Source: Candidatus Dormibacteria bacterium (GTDB lineage: Bacteria > Chloroflexota > Dormibacteria > DASZGP01). Taken from it: a DNA stretch of 64,000 nt. The DNA lies in contig JBHEMS010000014.1 in the NCBI GenBank assembly GCA_046262455.1, positions 4,730 through 68,729 on the forward strand. Direction: 5' to 3'. Under the pieces are notes generated by a model, which did no database searches, was not told where the DNA came from, and saw only the letters and a list, made by a program, of their open reading frames with translations. The translations under genes and the position numbers were made by a program. Positions within the stretch are counted from its first letter, which is position 1; each line of letters begins with the position of its first letter. Shown piece after piece: positions 1 through 8,333 of this stretch.

Positions 1-695
1 TTCCTTCGAGTCCGATCGACCTGGCGCCGGGTGATCCACTTGAGCCGCCGGAAGGCCTTCACCGCGAGCCGCGGCTCGAACCGCAGGGTGAGGTCCAGGG
101 CGTATGGCTGGTCGGTCCATTCGCGCGCCGCGAAGGCAGCGGTCTTGCGGAAAACCGCCGTCCGGTACGGGAAGTCGCGCTCCAGTGCCCAGCCCTCCTC
201 GGCGCTGAGGAAGTCGCGGAGCAGGCGCACAGGGCCCAGCTGGGTGTCATCGATTACCAGCAACCCGCCGACACGGAGATGGGGGGCGATGTAGCGCCAG
301 TCGACCATCGGCGTGGGGAACCCGTGGCCGCCGTCGATCAGCGCCAGGTCAAGCGTGCTGTCGGTGAGCGTGGGCAGGAATTCCTCCGAGTCCTGGAGCG
401 CGAAGTCGAGGTGCTCGGTGCTGATGCCGTGCGCGGCGCAGAAGTTTTTGATCTTCTCCAGCGCCGGCCCGTTGGGCGAGACGCACGTGTGTCGCGCGCC
501 CTGCGCCGCAAAGACCACGGTGCTGTATCCCTCGCCGGTTTCCAGGGTCCTGTCGCCCGGCTTTACGGACGCTTCGATGAAGGCCAGCACGTCTTCGCGG
601 AGGTGCCAGGACACCGGTACGCCGTTGTCGAGGTGGAACGCGGGACGCTCCCGCAGGAGGTCGGCGAGGGTGTAGCCGGACGGCGTTTCAGGCAT
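1..695 (-). CDS. class I SAM-dependent methyltransferase (C-terminus lies outside window)
   Basis: Absent from the ORF track because there is no stop inside the window. My reverse translation from ATG at 695-693 gives MPETPSGYTLADLLRERPAFHL...RTLETGEGYSTVVFAAQG...LALIDGGHGFPTPMVDW...VGGLLVIDD. This shows SAM motif I plus downstream acidic motifs, with strong GC3 bias. Confidence 0.7.
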   Translation of the reverse strand, partial: MPETPSGYTLADLLRERPAFHLDNGVPVSWHLREDVLAFIEASVKPGDRTLETGEGYSTVVFAAQGARHTCVSPNGPALEKIKNFCAAHGISTEHLDFALQDSEEFLPTLTDSTLDLALIDGGHGFPTPMVDWRYIAPHLRVGGLLVIDDTQLGPVRLLRDFLSAEEGWALERDFPYRTAVFRKTAAFAAREWTDQPYALDLTLRFEPRLAVKAFRRLKWITRRQVDRTRR

Positions 696-921
696 GCTTT
701 TGAATCCTATGAGCCAGCCGCCGCGGTATCTCCTCGAGCCGACCCCGGAGGAGCGCGCCCTGGGCCTGGCGGCCGGTTCGCTGACGATGCTGGTGTGCCC
801 GGCGTGCCACGGCGACCTGGCACCCGCGGAGGCCGCGCTGACCTGCCCGCGCTGTGCCCTGCGCTACCCCGTCGAGGACGGCATCCCGGTGCTGCTGGCG
901 AGCCGGGCGGTCAGCCTCTAG
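694..921 (+). CDS. Trm112/YcaR-family zinc-ribbon protein
   Basis: MLVCPACHGDL...LTCPRCALRYPVEDGIPVLL fits the Trm112 (DUF343) CPxC...CxxC...GIPvLL signature. Alternative starts are the Met codons at 709 or 787. Confidence 0.8.
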   Translation: MLLNPMSQPPRYLLEPTPEERALGLAAGSLTMLVCPACHGDLAPAEAALTCPRCALRYPVEDGIPVLLASRAVSL

Positions 922-1736
922 GCCTGCTGCGGCAGCGCGCTCCTGACTGGTACCGCGCCCAGCGCGGTGGTCAACACCCCCGACCCCGACAGCCTGCCCG
1001 CCGCCACGGTGTGGACCGTGCGAGTGGGAACCGCGTGGGTGACCCCCGGCCCGAACGGAGTCAGGAACCGACCACCGCTCCAGGTCACCTCGAAACCCGC
1101 GACCTCGACCATCCGCCTCAGCCCGGCGAGGTTGGCGCGCCACCACTGGTCCCGGCCGGGGGCAAAGCGGGCGGCGGGGATGCCGCGGGCGAGCAGGTCG
1201 AGCACCGGGTCCAGGCACTCCACCAGGACCAGCTCCCCCGCGCAGACCTCGCGCATTCTCTCCAGGGCCCGCACAGGATCGCGCAGGTGCAGCAACAGGG
1301 CCCCGCAGAGGACCACGTCGAAGCGCCCGACGTCGGCAGGGTCGAGGTCGTACACCGATCGGTTGAGGCGCTCAACCCGGGACCCCAGCCGCTGCGCCGC
1401 CTCGGCGAAACCCGGTCCACGCTGCGAGCCCCAGGCCTGGACCTGCTCGGTCCCCCAGGACTCACTCCCGGGCGGCCAGTCAAGGTCCGCCGGGTCGTCG
1501 ATGTCGACCGCCACCACGCCCTCCGCGCCACGGCGTTCCATCTCGAAGGCCCAGAAGCCGTCGAAGGTGCCCACGTCAAGGCACAGCCCACCCTGCAGCG
1601 CCGCCGGCCACCTGACCTGTTCGGGAAGCGACCGGGTGTCGAAATATCCCGCCGTGGTGGTCCCGTCCGGGAGGTCGATGGTGTGGTACCAGCTGCGCTC
1701 GCGGATGACGGTCATCGGCGCCAGCCTACCAACCAA
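918..1736 (-). CDS. class I SAM-dependent methyltransferase (WYHTIDL-type)
   Basis: SWYHTIDLPDG...CLDVGTFDGFWAFEMERRGA (motif I)...VVLCGALLLHLRDP. It is a paralog of the gene at 16603-17415. The start may be the Met at 1715. Confidence 0.8.
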   Translation of the reverse strand: MVGRLAPMTVIRERSWYHTIDLPDGTTTAGYFDTRSLPEQVRWPAALQGGLCLDVGTFDGFWAFEMERRGAEGVVAVDIDDPADLDWPPGSESWGTEQVQAWGSQRGPGFAEAAQRLGSRVERLNRSVYDLDPADVGRFDVVLCGALLLHLRDPVRALERMREVCAGELVLVECLDPVLDLLARGIPAARFAPGRDQWWRANLAGLRRMVEVAGFEVTWSGGRFLTPFGPGVTHAVPTRTVHTVAAGRLSGSGVLTTALGAVPVRSALPQQA

Positions 1737-1764
1737 CCGGCAGAGGGCTTAGGATCGCTGCCGC

Positions 1765-2529
1765 TTGCTCAACGAATTTCTCGCCCTCTTCACCAGGAGG
1801 CCGGCAGCTGGCGGCCAGCCCGCGGGCGCGGCCGCTCCCGGTCCCGCCGCGACGCCGGCGGATGCGCGGATCATCGAGGCGGTCAGGCCCTTCTCGATGA
1901 CCGGGGATGCGCGGGTGCAGGCGCTGATCGACGCCGTGCGTTACACCGTGGCTCGGGGGTTGGACGGCGCGTTGGTGGAGTGCGGGGTGTGGCGCGGCGG
2001 CTCGATCATGGCCATGATCCTCACCCTCCAGGAGATGGGCATCGCGGACCGCGACATCTACCTGTACGACACCTTCGAGGGCATGACCCAACCGACTGAG
2101 AGGGACATCTCGGCGTACGACGCGCCCGCGTCGCAGACCTGGGGGGAGGCCGAGGCCGGCCGGCAGCAGGCCTGGTCGTACCTGTTCTCCGCCGAGCACA
2201 CCGGTGAGGCGGCGGTGCGCCAGCGGGTGCTGGCCACCGGCTACCCGGCGGAGCGCCTGCACTTCGTGGCGGGACGGGTGGAGGACACGATTCCCGCGGA
2301 CGCCCCGGGGCGGATAGCGCTGCTCCGCCTGGACACCGACTGGTACGAGTCGACGCGCCATGAGCTGGTCCACCTCTATCCGCGGCTCAGCACAGGGGGG
2401 GTGCTGATCGTTGACGACTACGGTCACTGGGACGGTTGCCGCCAGGCGGTGGACGAGTACTTCGCCGCCCACGGCCCGGTGCTGCTGGGCCGCGTGGACT
2501 ACGCCGCCAGGATGGCCGTCAAGCCCTGA
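1765..2529 (+). CDS. TylF/MycF/NovP-family sugar O-methyltransferase
   Basis: GALVECGVWRGGS...LYDTFEGM...LLRLDTDWYEST...GGVLIVDDYGHW is the characteristic macrocin-O-methyltransferase family signature. The start codon is TTG. Confidence 0.85.
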   Translation: MLNEFLALFTRRPAAGGQPAGAAAPGPAATPADARIIEAVRPFSMTGDARVQALIDAVRYTVARGLDGALVECGVWRGGSIMAMILTLQEMGIADRDIYLYDTFEGMTQPTERDISAYDAPASQTWGEAEAGRQQAWSYLFSAEHTGEAAVRQRVLATGYPAERLHFVAGRVEDTIPADAPGRIALLRLDTDWYESTRHELVHLYPRLSTGGVLIVDDYGHWDGCRQAVDEYFAAHGPVLLGRVDYAARMAVKP

Positions 2530-3355
2530 CCCGTCCGCCCCATGGCGTGGCGGCGAGGTGCTCCAGGTAGGCCGCGCGGTGGGGCGCGATGCAGTCCGGG
2601 TGCCACGGCTTACAGACGCCCGGGCCCTCGAAATGACGCAGCGCGGGGTGGCGGCGGGCGTCGTCCAGCGCGGCCGCGTCGAAGTACTCGCCGGCCCAGT
2701 CGAAATCCAGCATGGCGTTCATCACGTTCCAGCGCGGAGGCAGGGGCAGGCGCCGGCCACCCAGCACCAGGTTGAGCACGTCCTGGTCGGGCCACAGCAG
2801 GTCTGCGGCGCGTTCCCGGGCACAGCTGAGCAGCGCCTGCGAGCAGCCGTCGGCGCGCATCGCGGCGAGGTTCATCAGCAGCACCCCGCTGTTGAAGTAG
2901 CGCTGGCCCGCAGGCAGCCCCAGCTCCGCCGGGCGGGTCATCCGCTCGCGCTCGAAGACGTTGTCCACCGCGGCCAGGTAGAAGCTGTCGAGGTCCAGCG
3001 TGAACAGCGGCGCGGGGTCGTCCATGGCGATGACATCGGCGTCGAGGTACAGGACGCGGTTGACCTCCGGGAGGAGGTCGGGCAGCTGTAGGCGGTACCA
3101 CATGGTCCTGCTGATGTGGCCGAAGAGCGGCAGGCCGGCGACGGCGCTTTCGGGCAGGCGGTGGGTGGCGAGGGTGGCGCCCGCGCCCTCGACCATGCGT
3201 TTGAGCCGCCGGCGCGACCGCCACCCCAGGTCTGAGCCGTGCAGCAGGTGCAGCACAAGCTGGTTACCCCGTCGCTGGGCCAGGAGCGAGTGCGCCAGGG
3301 CGGCGACGTGGGGCACGTAGGCCTCGTCGACGGCGCACGCCACGTCGAGCCTCAA
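2519..3355 (-). CDS. glycosyltransferase family 8 (RfaJ/GspA-like)
   Basis: VLYLDADVIAMDD (DxD motif)...YFNSGVLLMNL...DQDVLN is the typical GT8 retaining-transferase pattern. Confidence 0.85.
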   Translation of the reverse strand: MRLDVACAVDEAYVPHVAALAHSLLAQRRGNQLVLHLLHGSDLGWRSRRRLKRMVEGAGATLATHRLPESAVAGLPLFGHISRTMWYRLQLPDLLPEVNRVLYLDADVIAMDDPAPLFTLDLDSFYLAAVDNVFERERMTRPAELGLPAGQRYFNSGVLLMNLAAMRADGCSQALLSCARERAADLLWPDQDVLNLVLGGRRLPLPPRWNVMNAMLDFDWAGEYFDAAALDDARRHPALRHFEGPGVCKPWHPDCIAPHRAAYLEHLAATPWGGRVRA

Positions 3356-5106
3356 GGAGGCGGCCGGAGCTCGAAGAGCTGGAACCGGTCATGGACGCTC
3401 AGCAGCTTGCGGAGAGCGCGGTCGTCATACGCCGGCTCGGTGTGGGTCAGCCGGTACCCCGCCGCAGCGAGGAGGGGGGCGAAATCACGCCGGGTGCCGT
3501 CAGCCTCCAGCGATAGCAGGTGGTCCGGTTCGTTGGGCACCAGCAGGAGGTTGGTGACGCGCAGGTCGCGCAACCTCTGCACCCACCAGGCGATGGCGTC
3601 GTGGGGACACTCCGAAAAACTGTGGATGTTCACCGCGAGGTCGAAGCTGCCCGGCGTCAGCACGTGGTGCTGGTCCAGACTCACCACGCGGGCCGGCGGG
3701 GTGACCCCGCGGTGAGCCAGGTAGAACTCGGACAGGAACGTGGCTTCGGGTATGGCGTCGATGCAGCAGTAGTCGGCGAGGTTGGGGAGCGCCTGGGTCA
3801 TGCGGTGAGCAAGGCGGCCATAACCGGCGCCAATGTCGAGGACGGCGAAACGGTCGCGCTGGCGCAGGCCCAGCCGGCGCTCGAGGAACGAGATCTCGTT
3901 GACCGACTGCAGCAGGTCGCGGCTGACCCTTGGGCGCCCGGGGAAGTCGAAGGTCCAGCAGCCGAATGCGCCGTCCTCGCCGAGCTTCGAGAGCAGGCCG
4001 TGGGGGTCGCGGGCGGCGACGTATTCGAGCAGCGCGAGGTATTTCCGCCGGGTGACCTCCGGCGCTTCGCGGTAATGCCAGGTGAACAGCGTCTCGCCGC
4101 GGAAATAGCGCAGGTCAAGGAAGGACCTGACGTTCTGGCTCTGCCAGCGTGAGGCCGCGACGGCCGGGATGTCCAGCCCGCCGTAGGCGGCGCGGATTTC
4201 CACGAGTCGGGGGTTTTCGTCCACCAGCGTTGTATCCGCGCCCGGCGGCAGGGGCACGCTGTCGTCGTAGAACCTGTCCAGGTGGTCGCCGTCCTCCTCG
4301 GTGCTGGCGACCGCAGCCGGGCCGGGGATGTCGTGCGCCGACAGCGCGGGGATCCCGGGCCGCAGCCGCCGCCACAACTTGACCAGCGCGTCATCGGCGG
4401 CGTCCAGCCGCAGGCACCAGGTGTCGAACCCCTCCTCCAGCACCGAGAACCCGGCGGCCAACACGTCACCCCGGGTGGCCGCGCGTTCCTCGGGGACAAG
4501 GTGGAAGTGCTCGTACGCCAGCAGGATGGGCGCCGGGGTGCCGGCGTCAAGAACCTGCCGCACGACCTCGGCGTCGTACCCCTCGACATCCACCAGGAGC
4601 AGGTCCACCCGACTCAGCTGATGTTTGCGCAACAGTGACGCCCAGGTCAGCGCGGGCACCTCGGTGACCACCACGCGGTCCTCGACGTCGGGGATCTCCC
4701 GGGCATGACCCACCACCTGCCGGCGCGAGAAGGACCCGATGCCGTCGTACCACGAGGGCAACCGGGCGCGGTCCGCCGGCGACGCCTCGGCGAGGTGGTG
4801 GAATGGCAGCACCCCGTCGTCTCTGGCGATAGCCGCGTTCTCCAGCCGGACCCGCTCCACCCCGGTGTAGTTGGCGCGCAGGCGCTCGAAGACGTACGGC
4901 AACGGCTCCACCATCACCCCTGACCACCCGGTTTCCAGGATCGCCTGGCGGAGGTGGTCGTGCTGCAGCCCATCGTTGGCCCCGACCTCGACGAAGGTCG
5001 CGCTGGGATAGGCGCGGGCGAAGGCCTGGACCAGGCGTGGCGCGGCCAGCCGGCGCCTGAAGCGCCACCGCTGGATTCGCCCGGCGAGGGCCGGAATAGC
5101 ATTCAT
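3352..5106 (-). CDS. two-domain methyltransferase: N-terminal FkbM-type plus C-terminal sugar-O-methyltransferase-like
   Basis: The N-terminal half has FVEVGANDGLQHDHL...LLLVDVEGYDAEV (FkbM/Methyltransf_21). The C-terminal half has AVLDIGAGYGRLAHRM...LAVNIHSFSECP (class I motif I and post-II). Confidence 0.8.
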   Translation of the reverse strand: MNAIPALAGRIQRWRFRRRLAAPRLVQAFARAYPSATFVEVGANDGLQHDHLRQAILETGWSGVMVEPLPYVFERLRANYTGVERVRLENAAIARDDGVLPFHHLAEASPADRARLPSWYDGIGSFSRRQVVGHAREIPDVEDRVVVTEVPALTWASLLRKHQLSRVDLLLVDVEGYDAEVVRQVLDAGTPAPILLAYEHFHLVPEERAATRGDVLAAGFSVLEEGFDTWCLRLDAADDALVKLWRRLRPGIPALSAHDIPGPAAVASTEEDGDHLDRFYDDSVPLPPGADTTLVDENPRLVEIRAAYGGLDIPAVAASRWQSQNVRSFLDLRYFRGETLFTWHYREAPEVTRRKYLALLEYVAARDPHGLLSKLGEDGAFGCWTFDFPGRPRVSRDLLQSVNEISFLERRLGLRQRDRFAVLDIGAGYGRLAHRMTQALPNLADYCCIDAIPEATFLSEFYLAHRGVTPPARVVSLDQHHVLTPGSFDLAVNIHSFSECPHDAIAWWVQRLRDLRVTNLLLVPNEPDHLLSLEADGTRRDFAPLLAAAGYRLTHTEPAYDDRALRKLLSVHDRFQLFELRPPP

Positions 5107-5152
5107 CGGTGATGCAGGCTACCGCCTATACCGGGCTGCGGCGCGCGATTTC

Positions 5153-6565
5153 TTGAGCGCCCAGAACATCCTGCTGGTGGTCTATGACACCACTCGGGCG
5201 GATGTCCTCGAGCCCTACGGCGCGGGTGAGGGCACCAGCCCCGCGCTGGCCCAGCTGGCCCGACGGGGAAGTGCGGTGCCCCGCGTCATGGCGCCGGCCT
5301 CCTGGACGGTGCCGAGCCACGCCGCGATGTTTGCCGGGCTGATGCCACGGAGCATGGGGCTGGGCCAGGCGCCGGGTGGCACGCCCCTGGGAGTGCGGCC
5401 GGCCCTCGAGGTCCACCGCGACCGGCTCCTTGCCGAGGTGCTGCGCCGCCAGGGGTTCGCCACCAGGGCCATCAGCGCCAACCTCTGGATAAGCGCGGGC
5501 AGCGGCTTTGACATCGGCTTCGAGGACTTCCGGGTCACCTCGGCGCGGCAGTACCGCGGATTTGACAGTAAAACCCGACGGGGGGCCGCGGAGTGGGCCC
5601 TGAGCGCGCTGCGGGCGCGGCTGGACGGCGGCGCGGCCGAGGTGGAGCGCGCGCTGCGGGAGTGGTCAGGTTCGGCCGGGACCCGTCCCTTCTTCTGGTT
5701 CGTGAATCTGATCGAGTGCCACTCGCCATACCTGCCCCCGCGGCCGTACAACGATCTCCGCCCGTGGTGGAGCGTGGCCGCCGGGATGGAGGCCCGCCGC
5801 CACCTGACCCTTGACGCGGTCTGGTCGGCGTGTGCCGGGGGTGTCCTGCCCTCACCGCCGGTGATCGCGCGGATGCGCCACCTCTACGCGCGCTCGGCAC
5901 GGCTGCTGGACGACTGGCTGGGGCGGGTGATGCAGCTGATGGACGCCGCCGGGGTGCTTGACGACACCCTGCTGGTGGTGACCTCGGACCACGGCGAAAA
6001 CCTCGGCGAGGGCGGGCTGATGGGCCACGCGTTCTCCCTCGACGACCGCTTGATCCACGTCCCGGTGGTGGCCGCCGGGCCGGGCGCCGAGGCGCTCGAG
6101 CGCGTGGGCAGCCTGGTGGACATCCCCTGGGCGCTGGCCACCGCGACCGACACCCGCGATCACCCCTGGCAGCCGCCGCGCGACGATGGCATCGCGGTGG
6201 CCCAGTTCGACGGCCTGGCGCCCGAGGACGACCCGCGGATACAGGGCCTGGTGGCGAGCTGGGGCCTGGACCCGGCTGCGGCCCGGGTGCTCAGCCAGGA
6301 CCAGACCTGCGCCACCGATGGGCAGCTCAAGCTGCTGCGGCGCGGGCCGGTCGAGACGCTTTTCGACCTGGCCGCCGACCCCCTGGAGCTGACCGCCCTG
6401 GACCCCGCAGACGCGGCCGACGGGGCGCGCGTGACGCGCCTCCGACAGGCGCTGGAGGCCGAGGGGATGGGTACCGCCCCGGTCCCCGCCGGGCCCCAAC
6501 CAGTGATCAGCGAGGAGGCGCGGCGAGACCTCGAGCGGAGGATGTCGATCCTCGGTTACATGTAG
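5153..6565 (+). CDS. alkaline-phosphatase-superfamily (sulfatase-fold) enzyme with a Thr nucleophile motif
   Basis: NILLVVYDTTRAD...SWTVPSHAAMFAG...ECHSPYLPP...VVTSDHGENLGEGGLMGH has the sulfatase-fold metal ligands. TVPSH stands in place of C/S-x-P-x-R. The start codon is TTG. Confidence 0.8.
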   Translation: MSAQNILLVVYDTTRADVLEPYGAGEGTSPALAQLARRGSAVPRVMAPASWTVPSHAAMFAGLMPRSMGLGQAPGGTPLGVRPALEVHRDRLLAEVLRRQGFATRAISANLWISAGSGFDIGFEDFRVTSARQYRGFDSKTRRGAAEWALSALRARLDGGAAEVERALREWSGSAGTRPFFWFVNLIECHSPYLPPRPYNDLRPWWSVAAGMEARRHLTLDAVWSACAGGVLPSPPVIARMRHLYARSARLLDDWLGRVMQLMDAAGVLDDTLLVVTSDHGENLGEGGLMGHAFSLDDRLIHVPVVAAGPGAEALERVGSLVDIPWALATATDTRDHPWQPPRDDGIAVAQFDGLAPEDDPRIQGLVASWGLDPAAARVLSQDQTCATDGQLKLLRRGPVETLFDLAADPLELTALDPADAADGARVTRLRQALEAEGMGTAPVPAGPQPVISEEARRDLERRMSILGYM

Positions 6566-6567
6566 CC

Positions 6568-7431
6568 CTAGCGCAGCATCCCCTCGACCAGGGGCACCTC
6601 CAGCACCTTGAGGTGGGCGATGGGACCATGACCGAAGTACCCCTCCTCCCCAAACAGCTCACCGTGGTCCGAGGTGACGATCAGCCAGGTGTTGGGCGGG
6701 AGAAGGTCGAAGAGCCGCTCGAAGACCGTGTCGACGTAGGTCAGGGCCCGCAGTTGCCGCCCCCTCAGGCGCGCCAGGCTGGCGTCGTCGAAGAACGGCG
6801 TTTCCTCACCATCGATGTGCAGCTTCTTCAGCACCCCGTGCAGCCCGGAGATCCGCGGCCACTCGGAGGGGTCCTCGCCGGGGATGGCGTACGGGTAGTG
6901 GGTCTCGCCGGCGTTGAGCAGGTGAAATGACGGCCGGTCGCCGAACCTAAGCCCATCCACCATCGCGTCGAGGTCGTTGTGGGTGGGCATCAACTCAAAG
7001 GTGTCGAAGCCGCGGTTGAACGGGGTTGCGGGGTTGAGCACCGGCATCGACACCATCGCGTGTGTGGTGTAGCCGAGGACGTCACGCAGGTAGAGCGGCA
7101 GGTACAGCGCCGGCAGCATCTGCTGGAAGCTCACACTGTCCACCTGCAGCCGGTCGGCAAAGCGGAGCAGGTCCTGCTTGTAATAGTCGGAGGCGTTGAC
7201 CTCAGCGGGGCTGGCGTGCGGCAGCAGGCCCATCATCAGGTTGTAGTGCGAGGGGGCGGTCCACGACGCGTAACTGAACCGCCGCGCCACCTCCCCGAGC
7301 CGTGAGAGGTTGGGCAGCCTGGCCGCCGTCCAGGTGTCGTAGCGCAGGCTGTCCAGCACCACGATGACCAGGTTGCGCGCACCGGGGGGCGGCTCCGGGC
7401 GCTGGAACTCGGTGGGAGCACCCGCCAGCAT
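6568..7431 (-). CDS. alkaline-phosphatase-superfamily enzyme (shorter paralog, Thr nucleophile motif)
   Basis: NLVIVVLDSLRYD...SWTAPSHYNLMMGLLP...IVTSDHGELFGEEGYFGHG shows the same T-x-P-S-H motif as the neighbouring gene. Confidence 0.75.
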   Translation of the reverse strand: MLAGAPTEFQRPEPPPGARNLVIVVLDSLRYDTWTAARLPNLSRLGEVARRFSYASWTAPSHYNLMMGLLPHASPAEVNASDYYKQDLLRFADRLQVDSVSFQQMLPALYLPLYLRDVLGYTTHAMVSMPVLNPATPFNRGFDTFELMPTHNDLDAMVDGLRFGDRPSFHLLNAGETHYPYAIPGEDPSEWPRISGLHGVLKKLHIDGEETPFFDDASLARLRGRQLRALTYVDTVFERLFDLLPPNTWLIVTSDHGELFGEEGYFGHGPIAHLKVLEVPLVEGMLR

Positions 7432-7481
7432 GCCGCGGAACCTACCATGCAGCCCTGTCCCCTGCTAGCGTTGGCGCCGCA

Positions 7482-8333
7482 ATGGCTGCGACGCGCCCTC
7501 ACGCCGCGCGGGCGCTCCCGGCTCTCGAGCTCGAGGCGGCGCCGCTTTCCAGGCGCCGCCTGCTGTCCGACCTCTGGGGCTACCGCGCCATCCTGCTGGA
7601 GCTCGCCAAGGTGGACTTCCGGCTGCGCTACAAGCGCGCCGCATTCGGGCTGATGTGGGCCGTGGGCTTACCGCTGCTGCAGGCCGCGGTGCTGGCGATC
7701 GTCTTCTCCCGGGCGATCCGGCTGAGCCCCCACCTGAGCCACGCCTACGCGGTCTACATCCTCAGCGGGGTGCTGGCGTGGAACTACCTGGCGCTCACCG
7801 TGAGCTCCTCGTCGACGGCCATCGTCGACGCCTCCGACCTCACCTCAAAGCTGTGGTTCCCGCGCTCCGTGCTGCCGCTGGTGCCGGTGCTGAGCAATCT
7901 CCCGGGGCTGCTCATATCGATGATCATCCTGCTCATCCTCACCCCGCTTTTGGGCGTGCCCCCGACGGCCCACCTGCTGCTGCTGGTGCCCGGCGTGTCC
8001 CTGCTGGTGACCTTCAGCGCGGTGCTCTCGCTGGTGCTCGCGGCGCTGCACGTCTACTTCCGCGACACCCGGTACTTCGTGCAGGCATCGCTGCTGCTGC
8101 TGTTCTATGCCACGCCAATCCTCTATCCACCGCGCCTGCTCAAAGAGGTGCGCTGGGTATTCGTGCTGAACCCCTTCACGGGGATCATCGCCACGTTCCA
8201 CGCCGCCACGGTGGGGGATGATGGCGAGCTGTTCCACGCACTGACCGTGACCCTCGCCGTGCTGGTCCTCCTGGTGGTGATCTTCGTCGAGGTCTATCGC
8301 CGCCACGACCGGCTCTTCGCGGACCGGCTGTGA
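7482..8333 (+). CDS. wzm: ABC-2 type polysaccharide exporter permease
   Basis: LLSDLWGYRAILLELAKVDFRLRYKRAAFGLMWAVGLPLLQ is the typical Wzm/TagG N-terminus. It is followed by six hydrophobic segments. Confidence 0.85.
   Translation: MAATRPHAARALPALELEAAPLSRRRLLSDLWGYRAILLELAKVDFRLRYKRAAFGLMWAVGLPLLQAAVLAIVFSRAIRLSPHLSHAYAVYILSGVLAWNYLALTVSSSSTAIVDASDLTSKLWFPRSVLPLVPVLSNLPGLLISMIILLILTPLLGVPPTAHLLLLVPGVSLLVTFSAVLSLVLAALHVYFRDTRYFVQASLLLLFYATPILYPPRLLKEVRWVFVLNPFTGIIATFHAATVGDDGELFHALTVTLAVLVLLVVIFVEVYRRHDRLFADRL

Noticed and set aside
279-2099. Very long ORFs in alternative frames or antisense to annotated genes. Examples are 279-2099, 20098-21492, 22727-24010, 24258-25652, 39134-40633, 46453-47460, 53128-54390 and 57830-58972.
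   Set aside because: Their products are Arg/Gly/Pro/Ala-rich with no recognisable motifs. They overlap genes with clear family signatures, and high GC suppresses stop codons in non-coding frames.
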